Below are positions 7,126 through 15,377 of a DNA stretch of 35,880 nt, piece by piece; position 1 is the first letter of the stretch; the number at the start of each line of letters is the position of its first letter. Both the position numbers and the translations under genes were made by a program. A model generated the notes under the pieces. It was given only the letters and a program-made list of their open reading frames with translations, did no database searches and was not told the origin of the DNA. The DNA comes from a virus (taxonomy: Duplodnaviria; Caudoviricetes), in IMG/VR virus record IMGVR_UViG_3300032212_000680, positions 1 through 35,880 of that record; one strand, written 5' to 3'.

Positions 7126-7982
7126 TGGCAGCCCTTCCCTACCTTCAGCTCTATGTGGCAGATTATCTCGCCGACACTATGCACCTTGTTGCCGAAGAGC
7201 ATGGCGCTTATCTGCTTTTAATCATGAATTATTGGCAAACGGGTAAACCACTACCTAACGATCTGGATAGATTAACAACGATAGCAAGACTCCCATCCAG
7301 CGACCGTACCAACGGTCGTTGCTCTACCGTTGAGCGTTTGTTGAAAGAGTACTTCACTCTCGTCAACGGTCGTTGGGTGCATCCTCGTATAGAGGCCGAC
7401 CTTGAAGAAGTCAGGCAGCAACAAGAACAGCGAGCTGCCGCCGGAAGAAAGTCGGCAATGAAAAGACTCGCCAAAAAAATGGCGAAAGAGAAGGCAAAAC
7501 AAACGACCGTGCCAACGAGCGTTACAACGACCGCACCAACGGCCGTACCAACGGAGCCGCAACGAAAAACCAACGATATAGATCCAGATCCAAATTCAAG
7601 TACACACACACAGGCGCGCGATGATCAGCCACCACAACGTTTTCCAACCGGCATGCGCACAGGTGTCCCGGAAGATTTTAAGCCCGATCAGCAAACACTC
7701 ACCCAACTGCAGATGACCGGTTGCCGAACACCTAACCAGGACGACATCACGATGTTCATCGTTACCAACCAGTCGAGTGGCTGGGTATCCGAGAACTGGC
7801 AGGCAGAGTTCAAGAAATTCATGATTCGCGAAAAAGTGAAACAGCAGGAGCGTAAAAATGCATCAGGCAGGCGAAGCAGCACAACGAGCGGCCGCAAACC
7901 TTCAGCAGTCGAAGTCGTCGAACAAGCAAACCCCATCGACGACGATGACGAGGGACACACATTCGAGCACATATCGCGGTGA
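7122..7982 (+). CDS. Replication initiator (YdaU/DUF1376 N-domain, DnaT-like C-domain)
   Basis: ALPYLQLYVADYLADT.HL..EEHGAYLLLIMNYWQTGKPLP...W.H.RIE.DL; C-terminal VPEDFKPD...NWQAEF. Confidence 0.88.
   Translation: MMAALPYLQLYVADYLADTMHLVAEEHGAYLLLIMNYWQTGKPLPNDLDRLTTIARLPSSDRTNGRCSTVERLLKEYFTLVNGRWVHPRIEADLEEVRQQQEQRAAAGRKSAMKRLAKKMAKEKAKQTTVPTSVTTTAPTAVPTEPQRKTNDIDPDPNSSTHTQARDDQPPQRFPTGMRTGVPEDFKPDQQTLTQLQMTGCRTPNQDDITMFIVTNQSSGWVSENWQAEFKKFMIREKVKQQERKNASGRRSSTTSGRKPSAVEVVEQANPIDDDDEGHTFEHISR
7501..7580 (+). repeat. Iteron-like array (putative replication origin) inside the initiator gene
   Basis: Seven (C/A)AACG units at 11-12 bp spacing (AAACGACCGTGC, CAACGAGCGTTA, CAACGACCGCAC, CAACGGCCGTAC...). 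CAACGGTCGTTG also occurs twice, at 7310 and 7364. Confidence 0.7.
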
Positions 7983-8340
7983 CGTGACTGACAGGACGAT
8001 CAGGAAATTCTGGCGGCGCATGACTGAAATCTACGGTCACAAGTGGCTGAGTGCATTCGGCCCGAAACCTACCGACTTGTGGCGCAAGGCACTGCAGAGT
8101 CTTAGCCCCATGGAAATAAAAAATGGGCTAGAGGCCGTGCTTGAAAAACATGAGTGGCCTCCTAGCCTGGTCGAGTTTTTAAAACTCTGCAAACCGGACA
8201 AGCCGTTGTGTGCTGCGCACCGACCATTTTTGAAACTACCAAGGCCGCGAGCGAATCCCGAAACGGTGTCGAAAAACTGCAAAGACATTCGCGATCACCT
8301 TCGCGGTTATTGTCTACTGGAAACAGATCAGAATGCGTGA
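7858..8340 (+). CDS. Replication protein P-like helicase loader
   Basis: FW.RM.EIYG.KW...FG.....W...L..L....I..GL......WPPSL.EF..LC. Start is either ATG 7858 (AGGAG RBS) or GTG 7984. Confidence 0.72.
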   Translation: MHQAGEAAQRAAANLQQSKSSNKQTPSTTMTRDTHSSTYRGDVTDRTIRKFWRRMTEIYGHKWLSAFGPKPTDLWRKALQSLSPMEIKNGLEAVLEKHEWPPSLVEFLKLCKPDKPLCAAHRPFLKLPRPRANPETVSKNCKDIRDHLRGYCLLETDQNA

Positions 8341-8773
8341 GTTTGGATTCAAATTCGAACGCGGCAGGATTTACGCGACAGTACCAGTGCCGCCAAGTGC
8401 AAACATGTACTGGCGAAAACGGATGATTGTTTCTCGTGGAACATCTCGATCGATAACCTACGTTAGCAATGAAGGTATCGCCTATCGCAAGTTGATATGT
8501 CAACTTTTCATGGTTTCGCGAATTCCAGGATTTAAAAATTTGGTCGAGTTTGAGGGCGTATTCTTCCCTCCTGATCGACGCAGGCGAGACAATGACAACC
8601 TGCGAAAGTGTTTGTTCGACTCGCTCACGCATGCCGGTGTCTGGCCTGATGACTCGAACGTGACTTACGACCCCATCACTAAAGCCGATCCATGCAAGAA
8701 CGACGGCCACATGAAAATACGTCTAACCCCTACAACCAAACTGAAGGAGGTGCCGCTATGGGCGATGCAGTGA
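8333..8773 (+). CDS. rusA: RusA-family Holliday junction resolvase
   Basis: PPSANMYWR and PPDRRRRDNDNLRKCLFDSLTHAGVWPDDS. Confidence 0.92.
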   Translation: MREFGFKFERGRIYATVPVPPSANMYWRKRMIVSRGTSRSITYVSNEGIAYRKLICQLFMVSRIPGFKNLVEFEGVFFPPDRRRRDNDNLRKCLFDSLTHAGVWPDDSNVTYDPITKADPCKNDGHMKIRLTPTTKLKEVPLWAMQ

Positions 8774-9057
8774 TACAAATCCCAGCGTCAAGAAACACCG
8801 ATCCACTTAGCTCACACCTTGCGGAAGATGAGGTCAACACATCTGGCGCGAGAAAACGGCAGCAAGATATTGTCCTCGATCTGGTAAAGCAATGGCCGGG
8901 TAGTACGTCCGCCGAGCTTGCCCATAAGTCAGGCTATGACCGCACCATGGTGGCAAGACGATTGCCAGAACTTGCCGGCTTATACATACGTCGTGGGGAG
9001 CTAGACCGTTGCAACGTAACCGACAAGAGATGCGTGACTTGGTGGCCCATCCAGTAA
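8758..9057 (+). CDS. Winged-HTH phage protein
   Basis: AAGGAGG RBS before ATG 8758; ASRNTDPLSSHLA and PGSTSAELA......R..VARRLPEL. Confidence 0.72.
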   Translation: MGDAVIQIPASRNTDPLSSHLAEDEVNTSGARKRQQDIVLDLVKQWPGSTSAELAHKSGYDRTMVARRLPELAGLYIRRGELDRCNVTDKRCVTWWPIQ

Positions 9058-9305
9058 CTATCCGCTGCGAGACAGCGATCGGTGACAAGCCGCCCTGTTT
9101 TACCGATAAGGGCTGGAAGGAGTATGTCGAAGCAACTGACTACCGTATCGTGCACGATCGCCTTTACTGCGCGGACTGTACGATCGAGTTTTGCACCAGG
9201 ATGATAAAATATGGCCTATGCAGGCCATCGGTTATCAATATGCCCATAAGGCTGAAGCTGTTGAGAAAACACAATCTCGACCTTCCAAAAAACAAAAAAT
9301 ACTGA
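9030..9305 (+). CDS. Cys-containing phage hypothetical protein
   Basis: PPCF....W..Y and YCADCT..F...M...GLC; start uncertain. Confidence 0.55.
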   Translation: MRDLVAHPVTIRCETAIGDKPPCFTDKGWKEYVEATDYRIVHDRLYCADCTIEFCTRMIKYGLCRPSVINMPIRLKLLRKHNLDLPKNKKY

Positions 9306-9314
9306 GGTGATGCA

Positions 9315-9839
9315 TTGAGGATTGAAACGGTTATTGAATGCCTCGAGGAGTGGGGAGAATGGCAGAGATCCATTTCAGGCGCTTACCTGAGAGAGCACCC
9401 GGGCTCGATAAACGAACGCATATTGAAAAGTGCCATACGCAAGAAACGAGTAAAGGTAAAACCACGCCTTGCTTGCTCGAAGTGCTCAACGATATATCTA
9501 GGTGGCGAACTCTCCTGCAGACACTGCGGAACCGAAAGAAAACAAGCCATGAAGCTGCAAAGCCTTGTGTCTACCGAAACCTACAGCTCAAAGTCAAAAG
9601 ACCATATCGAGAACAAGCGCGCCGAGAATATCGATCGCATCATCGCTGTATTGCCAGGCAAACTGATTCAGGCTGTCAAGCTCAAATATATCCAACAGTA
9701 CAGTGACCACCTCGCCGCAAACATGATCGGTTGCAATGAAAGCACATTTAAGAAACGCATAGACCAGGCTCAGGGGGAAATAGCTGAGGCATTACTCAGG
9801 ACAGTCGAGCCACACATCGAAGACGTCTTATCGATGTAA
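9315..9839 (+). CDS. Late antiterminator Q-like protein with Zn ribbon
   Basis: L.EWG.W N-terminus, C-terminal sigma4-like HTH (AVKLKY...A..IG..ESTFKKRIDQA), CSKC/CRHC; lies directly before PR'. Confidence 0.75.
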   Translation: MRIETVIECLEEWGEWQRSISGAYLREHPGSINERILKSAIRKKRVKVKPRLACSKCSTIYLGGELSCRHCGTERKQAMKLQSLVSTETYSSKSKDHIENKRAENIDRIIAVLPGKLIQAVKLKYIQQYSDHLAANMIGCNESTFKKRIDQAQGEIAEALLRTVEPHIEDVLSM

Positions 9840-9854
9840 ACAAAATAAATAATC

Positions 9855-9884
9855 TTGACGGGGTGGCACTGGATTGCCTATATT
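9855..9884 (+). promoter_or_regulatory. Late promoter PR'
   Basis: AT-rich upstream tract, TTGACG, 18 bp spacer, TATATT; immediately after Q. Confidence 0.7.
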
Positions 9885-9917
9885 AACTACATACGCTGGC
9901 GACATTGCCCACTCAAC

Positions 9918-9949
9918 AAACCCGAACCGTAACTGGCTCGGGTTTTTTT
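9918..9949 (+). terminator. tR'-like terminator 1
   Basis: AAACCCGA...TCGGGTTT hairpin running into a T7 tract. Confidence 0.8.
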
Positions 9950-10010
9950 GTGTGCATTTCTATCTGTCCTCGTCACGTAGTTCATTGTTTCTCCTAACTT
10001 TGGTGGTGTT

Positions 10011-10036
10011 CGCCGGCTCACTGCCGGCGCTTTTTT
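10011..10036 (+). terminator. Late-leader terminator 2
   Basis: CGCCGGC-TCACT-GCCGGCG followed by CTTTTTT. Confidence 0.8.
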
Positions 10037-10054
10037 CTTGCCCCATAATTTTTT

Positions 10055-10109
10055 AGGTACTCCCTGGCGGTCGCAGCTATGCGGGTATAAGCGGCGCGGG
10101 ATTTCGCTA
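10055..10109 (+). other. Lambda-like cos site (cosQ-like plus cosN-like)
   Basis: AGGTACT...ATGCG-GGTATAAGCGG-CGCGGGATTTCGCTA compared with lambda GGGTCCT...TTACG-GGGCGGCGACCT-CGCGGGTTTTCGCTA (lambda sequence from memory); upstream of a lambda-type terminase. Confidence 0.72.
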
Positions 10110-10148
10110 GTGACTAATGTAAAAAACGGGCTTCGTTTCGGTTTGAGT

Positions 10149-11375
10149 ATGAAAATAAAACAAGTCGACATAAGTAAGGTCATCCCTTACGCACGAAACC
10201 CACGCAAGAATGATAAGGCTATCGCTAAGGTGGCGGCCAGCCTTAAAGAATATGGTTGGAGGCAGCCAATCGTCGTTGATAGCGAAATGGTGATCATAGC
10301 CGGCCACACTCGCCTCGAGGCGGCACGTTCACTGGAAATGGCAAAAGTGCCCGTTCATGTTGCTGAAGGCCTAACACCGGCACAGGTTCGCGCATACCGA
10401 CTCGCCGATAATCGAGTGAGCCAAGAAGCTGAATGGAGCGACGAATTACTCGCACTGGAGCTTTCTGATCTACAGGACGAGGACTTTGACCTGTCCCTGA
10501 CAGGATTCAATGATTCTGAGCTTAACGAACTATTATCCGCTGCTGCAGGTGGCGGGAATACTGACGATGACGAAGTGCCGGATGCACCTGAAGACCCAAT
10601 TGCCGTGAAAGGCGATGTCTGGCTACTTGGTGATCATCGTCTGATGTGTGGCGATAGTACATCAATCACTGATGTCGAAACTCTGTCACAAAATCAGAAG
10701 TGTGACATGGTCTTTACTGACCCGCCCTACAACGTAGATTACGAGGGGTACACAAAAGAGAAGCTCACCATCAAGAATGATGCTATGAGTGATGCCGATT
10801 TCGATGAATTCCTAAACTCCATATTTGCGAACTACCGAATCATGGTGAAAGACGGCGCCAGTCTATATGTCTGCCATGCATCGAGCGTGCAAACGCAGTT
10901 CCAAGACTCTATCGAGTCTGCGGGTATTGATGTGCGTTGCCAGATCATCTGGGCGAAGAACACCTTTGCCTGGGGCATGGGACGTTATAAGTTCCAGCAT
11001 GAACCGATTTTCTATTGTCATGTGAAAGGCCAATCAGACGCGTGGTATGGCGACAAGACACAGTCAACGCTGTGGCAAGTCAAGAAGCCTGCCGCAAATA
11101 AACTGCATCCAACGATGAAACCAATCGAGCTGATTGATATTGCGCTATTGAACAGCAGTAAGTCAGGTGACCTAGTTGCCGACCTATTTGGTGGTTCCGG
11201 ATCGACATTGATTGCGTGCGAAAAGAACAACCGCAAATGTATCACCATGGAGCTCGACCCTATTTACTGTGATGTCATCATCAAACGATGGCAGGAGTAT
11301 ACCGGTCAGGATGCAATACACGAATCCAGCAAGAAAAAATACAACAACCTGGCAAAACGTAAGAAGTCGGCCTGA
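10149..11375 (+). CDS. ParB-N domain fused to beta-class DNA N6A/N4C methyltransferase
   Basis: PYARNPR, IIAGHTRLEAA, YRLADNR; DPPY, HPTMKP, DLFGGSGST. Start revised to ATG 10149. Confidence 0.92.
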   Translation: MKIKQVDISKVIPYARNPRKNDKAIAKVAASLKEYGWRQPIVVDSEMVIIAGHTRLEAARSLEMAKVPVHVAEGLTPAQVRAYRLADNRVSQEAEWSDELLALELSDLQDEDFDLSLTGFNDSELNELLSAAAGGGNTDDDEVPDAPEDPIAVKGDVWLLGDHRLMCGDSTSITDVETLSQNQKCDMVFTDPPYNVDYEGYTKEKLTIKNDAMSDADFDEFLNSIFANYRIMVKDGASLYVCHASSVQTQFQDSIESAGIDVRCQIIWAKNTFAWGMGRYKFQHEPIFYCHVKGQSDAWYGDKTQSTLWQVKKPAANKLHPTMKPIELIDIALLNSSKSGDLVADLFGGSGSTLIACEKNNRKCITMELDPIYCDVIIKRWQEYTGQDAIHESSKKKYNNLAKRKKSA

Positions 11376-11986
11376 TGGCCGAGCAAAAGACCGGTGTGGT
11401 CAAGGTCTCCACACTTGCAAAGTTATTTAACCTTACGGAGCGACGTGTACAGCAGCTCGCAAAGGACGAAATAATACCGCGAGCATCGAGAGGCAACTAT
11501 GACTTAATCGGTTGTGTTCGGGCATATATCGAGTTTCTGCAAAGCGCTGTTGCCGGCACTCATGAGCAGTCAATTGATAGCCATAAGGAAAATGCAAGGC
11601 ACAAGAAACTGCAGGCAGATAAGTTGCAGTTAGAGATCGATGAGCATAAAGGCAAGCTTATCGATATGGACGCTGTTATCGAATCAACATCGAAGATGGT
11701 GCTGGCGTTTCGCGCGAAGCTTCTGTCAATACCAACCAAAGGCGCGCCGCGTCTGAAAGGCTGCAGCACATTGCCGCAAATCAGATCCGAGCTTGAGGAT
11801 CTTATTCACGATGCACTCACAGAACTGTCCGAGCTTAGAGCAGAAGATTTCGACGTTTCAATCGACGATAACGAATCTGCTAAGGCCACCGCCGAAGTTA
11901 ATCCTAAGCGAGTGGGCAGACAAAAAAAGAAAACTAAGTCCAGAAGCAAGCGCGGAGCCAGGACAGTGGCAAACAAGTCGCGCTGA
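11375..11986 (+). CDS. Terminase small subunit (Nu1-like)
   Basis: wHTH LAKLFNLTERRVQQL...G.YDL..CV..YI.FL plus coiled coil; precedes terL. Confidence 0.88.
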   Translation: MAEQKTGVVKVSTLAKLFNLTERRVQQLAKDEIIPRASRGNYDLIGCVRAYIEFLQSAVAGTHEQSIDSHKENARHKKLQADKLQLEIDEHKGKLIDMDAVIESTSKMVLAFRAKLLSIPTKGAPRLKGCSTLPQIRSELEDLIHDALTELSELRAEDFDVSIDDNESAKATAEVNPKRVGRQKKKTKSRSKRGARTVANKSR

Positions 11987-13640
11987 ATATTTACGCGGAA
12001 TCATGGATGCGGTAACCGATCCGCAATATGAAACAGTAGTGATGATGAAGTCTGCCCAAACCGGCGGCACTGAGATAATTTTAAACATTGTAGGTTACTT
12101 CATCGATCAAGACCCCAGCCCGATGCTAGTGGTGCAGCCTACCCTCGACATGGGCAAGGCATGGAGTAAAGACAGGCTCGCACCAATGTTGCGCGACTCA
12201 CCATGTCTACATGGCAAGGTCAAAGATTCAAGATCGCGTGACGCCGAGAACACGACACTTCACAAGAAGTTCAGTGGTGGGCATATAACAATAGCCGGCT
12301 CTAATTCAGCCGCTTCTCTTGCATCAAGACCAATTCGATTGGTTTTGCTCGATGAGGTCGATCGATTTGCAGAATCCGCTGGCACTGAAGGCAGCCCGAT
12401 CAAACTGGCTGATAAACGTGCACAGACATTCTGGAACCGAAAAAAAATCCGAGTGAGTACGCCAACGGTGGAAGGTGCATCGAATATTGAAGCCGAGTTT
12501 AATCTCAGCAATCAACAATATTATCAAGTGCCATGTCCACACTGCGAAACCTATCAGATACTGAAGTGGGATAATGTTAAGTGGCCAAAAGGCGAGCCCG
12601 AGAAGGCCTATTACGCCTGCACTGAGTGCGGCGGAGTCATCGAGGAGTCTGATAAAGCATACATGATCGCCAACGGAAAATGGGTTCCGGATAATCCTGA
12701 GAGCAAGATTGCCGGCTTTCATATATCAGAACTTTATAGCCCGTGGTCATCATGGGCAGAAATGGCTGTCGCGTTTTACGAAGTTAAGGATATACCAGAG
12801 CGCCTTAAGACCTGGATCAACACTTCTCTCGGTGAAGTATGGCGGGAGCGAGGCGAGTCTGTCGAATGGGAGAATATCTCCCAATTACGCATGCCTTATA
12901 ACGAGAAAATCCTTCCTGCAGATGTGAGAGCCGTAACGGCTGCCGTCGATGTGCAAGCAGATCGGCTTTATTACAGCGTGCGCGCCTGGGGCGCGGGATT
13001 TACCTCGTGGCAGATTATGCACGGCGAGATCATCGGCGACACAACCGAGGCGCACACATGGGCCCAACTATCGCGATTGCACGATGCGCAATTTAATGGC
13101 TACGTCATTGATCGCATATTTGTCGACTCGGGTTATCGCGCCGATATGGTATATCAGTTCTGCCGTAAGCATTACGGTTGGGCATTCCCTACCAAGGGCC
13201 ATGACTCGCAGAATAAGCCCGTGCGTGTCTCAAACATCGACGTGAATATCGGCGGCCAGGTCATTAAGGATGGCCTGCAGTTGGTGCACATTGACACCGA
13301 TTATTTCAAAACGTGGATTCATTCCCGCATTAACTGGCAACCTGATCAGCCAGGTGGATGGTATCTATGTGAGAACGCGACTGATGATTACTGTAAGCAG
13401 ATAGCTTCTGAGTCCTTGTTGATTTCTGACAACGGTAAGCGCACCTGGAAACAGCACAGTAAAAACAATCATTACTTAGACGTCGAGGTTTATAACGCAG
13501 CAGCAGCACATATGCTGACGACGATGTTGATGGATGACGGCAACGATCCAGATACAGAAAACAAACAGGATAATCCAGCGCCTGCTTCGCAACCACAAAG
13601 TGGATGGCTCGGCGATACATCAGGCTGGCTGAACAGATAA
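11811..13640 (+). CDS. Terminase large subunit (lambda gpA family)
   Basis: RPPP....SEWAD, KSAQTGGTE, LLDEVD, STPT, VPCPHC, AAVDVQ, VDSGY, NHYLD. Start uncertain (11793 or 11811). Confidence 0.95.
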   Translation: MHSQNCPSLEQKISTFQSTITNLLRPPPKLILSEWADKKRKLSPEASAEPGQWQTSRAEYLRGIMDAVTDPQYETVVMMKSAQTGGTEIILNIVGYFIDQDPSPMLVVQPTLDMGKAWSKDRLAPMLRDSPCLHGKVKDSRSRDAENTTLHKKFSGGHITIAGSNSAASLASRPIRLVLLDEVDRFAESAGTEGSPIKLADKRAQTFWNRKKIRVSTPTVEGASNIEAEFNLSNQQYYQVPCPHCETYQILKWDNVKWPKGEPEKAYYACTECGGVIEESDKAYMIANGKWVPDNPESKIAGFHISELYSPWSSWAEMAVAFYEVKDIPERLKTWINTSLGEVWRERGESVEWENISQLRMPYNEKILPADVRAVTAAVDVQADRLYYSVRAWGAGFTSWQIMHGEIIGDTTEAHTWAQLSRLHDAQFNGYVIDRIFVDSGYRADMVYQFCRKHYGWAFPTKGHDSQNKPVRVSNIDVNIGGQVIKDGLQLVHIDTDYFKTWIHSRINWQPDQPGGWYLCENATDDYCKQIASESLLISDNGKRTWKQHSKNNHYLDVEVYNAAAAHMLTTMLMDDGNDPDTENKQDNPAPASQPQSGWLGDTSGWLNR

Positions 13641-13653
13641 AAACGAGTAAAGC

Positions 13654-13887
13654 ATGCCTTCATTAACAATCTCAGACATTGACAACTATATAGCCTTCTG
13701 GAAAGCGGCTTACCAGGCATCAGCGCAGGGGATCATGCTGACTTGGAATGGTAGAACCATTAAGCCTCAGAGCCCCGAAACGTGCATGAACGAGATAGAA
13801 CGCCTTAACCGTATGAAAGAAGCTCAGAGCAATAATATCAGTGGTCATGATGTTTCACTTGCGGACTTCAGCGAGTCCCATCTATGA
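13654..13887 (+). CDS. gpW-like head completion protein
   Basis: 77 aa between terL and portal; helix / beta-hairpin (LTWNGRTI) / helix. Confidence 0.7.
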   Translation: MPSLTISDIDNYIAFWKAAYQASAQGIMLTWNGRTIKPQSPETCMNEIERLNRMKEAQSNNISGHDVSLADFSESHL

Positions 13888-15377
13888 ACTTAATTGATAA
13901 GGCAATATTCTCTGTTTTTCCGGGATGGGGTCTAAAACGCCATCAGGCTCGTGAAGTTTATGGAGCGTATGAGGCCGCAAAGCCAAATCGTCTGCATAAA
14001 AAACGTGGCGACGATCTGAGCGGCGAAGAAGTAACAGGCCAATCGGCGCGACCATTACGAAAGATTGCTCGCGATCTAGAGCAAAACAATGATCTGGCAC
14101 GCGGCGTCCTATCATGCCTTGTCAACAACGTGGTAGGCACAGGAATACTAACTGATCCGCAGATCAAAAATAATGATGGCAGTCTCGCGACAGAGGTTAA
14201 CGAGCAGCTTCTAACATTGTTCGATGAATGGTCTTGGCAACCAGAAGTTACACACGAATTATCTTGGCCTGGCGTCCAACGTCTAGCAGCGAGATCTTGG
14301 TTTCGTGATGGTGAAATATTCACACAGAAAGTTTCTGGTGAAGTGAGAGGTCTGTCGCATGCCTCCCTGGTTCCGTATAGCTTAGAGATGATTGAGTCCG
14401 ATTTGTGCCCAGATGACTCACAGATAACAAAAAAGGACTACCGCTATGGAGTAAAAATTAACAACTGGGGTCAGGTTATTTCTTATTTGCTTTATAAAAA
14501 TCATCCCGGTAACCGCTATCTCTACAGCGCAAATGACACCCAGACGAAAGAAATTGAAGCGAAGAACCTTGTACACCTAAAAACTACAGAGCGTGTAAGG
14601 CAAAGACGCGGCGTTTCAATATTCGCGTCTGTAATGAATCGTATTGACGACATATCCGATTACGAACAATCCGAAAGAATCGCCGCCAGAATAGCAGCCG
14701 CGCAAGTCATGGCGATAACAAAAACCGCAGAAGGTTTCGGTGCGGGAATGCGAAATAACCTGAACACGCAACCGGGCTCGCCGCGCAGCTTCGCTGTGGC
14801 GCCAGGCATGGTGTGGGATAACCTTTTGCCAGGTGAAAAGCCAGAAATACTTTCACCGGAACGTCCATCTAATCAGATTGAGCCTTTCCGTAATGTAAAC
14901 ATGAAAGCTATCGCGGCTGGAACAGATACAAGCTTTTCTAATATAGCTAGACACTATGAAGGCACCTATTCATCACAGCGTCAGGAGCTTGTCGAGTCAT
15001 GGCGGTCTTATGAAATACTCAGAGGCCATTTCATAGCCTGCTACTACAGACCTATTTACAAAGGGTTTGTAGACATGGCGATTTTATCCGGTGAGATTAA
15101 ATTACCGAACAACGTCAATAGTAAAAGTCTATATAACGCTGATTATGTAGGTATCGGCATGCCATGGATAGATCCTGATCGTGAAAGCAAGGCGAACATC
15201 AGAAACATGCGTTATGGCGTTGAGGCGCGCAGTCAGGTTATTCGAAAACGCGGCATGCACCCGCGTGACGTACACGATCAGATCAAGCGCGACAAAGAAA
15301 ACGATGAGCTGGACGATCTAAATTATCCGCTTTACAGCGAAACAACTGAAAACGAGGAATCAGATAATGCCGACTAA
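13884..15377 (+). CDS. Portal protein, lambda family
   Basis: YEAA, ARDL..NN, NVVGTGI, RDGE.F, RQ.RGVS, YSSQRQELVE, MPWIDP..E. Confidence 0.95.
   Translation: MNLIDKAIFSVFPGWGLKRHQAREVYGAYEAAKPNRLHKKRGDDLSGEEVTGQSARPLRKIARDLEQNNDLARGVLSCLVNNVVGTGILTDPQIKNNDGSLATEVNEQLLTLFDEWSWQPEVTHELSWPGVQRLAARSWFRDGEIFTQKVSGEVRGLSHASLVPYSLEMIESDLCPDDSQITKKDYRYGVKINNWGQVISYLLYKNHPGNRYLYSANDTQTKEIEAKNLVHLKTTERVRQRRGVSIFASVMNRIDDISDYEQSERIAARIAAAQVMAITKTAEGFGAGMRNNLNTQPGSPRSFAVAPGMVWDNLLPGEKPEILSPERPSNQIEPFRNVNMKAIAAGTDTSFSNIARHYEGTYSSQRQELVESWRSYEILRGHFIACYYRPIYKGFVDMAILSGEIKLPNNVNSKSLYNADYVGIGMPWIDPDRESKANIRNMRYGVEARSQVIRKRGMHPRDVHDQIKRDKENDELDDLNYPLYSETTENEESDNAD

Noticed and set aside
9890-10050. tRNA in the late leader
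   Set aside because: No cloverleaf or T-loop GTTCRA consensus; the hairpins are terminator-like.
10038-10148. N-terminal extension of the ParB-MTase in the ORF track
   Set aside because: It overlaps the cos-like site; domain similarity starts at MKIKQV (10149).
12045-12075. Defective terminase Walker A (KSAQTGGTE lacks GKT)
   Set aside because: Lambda gpA-family terminases use a deviant Walker A with the Lys at the start, so this is normal.
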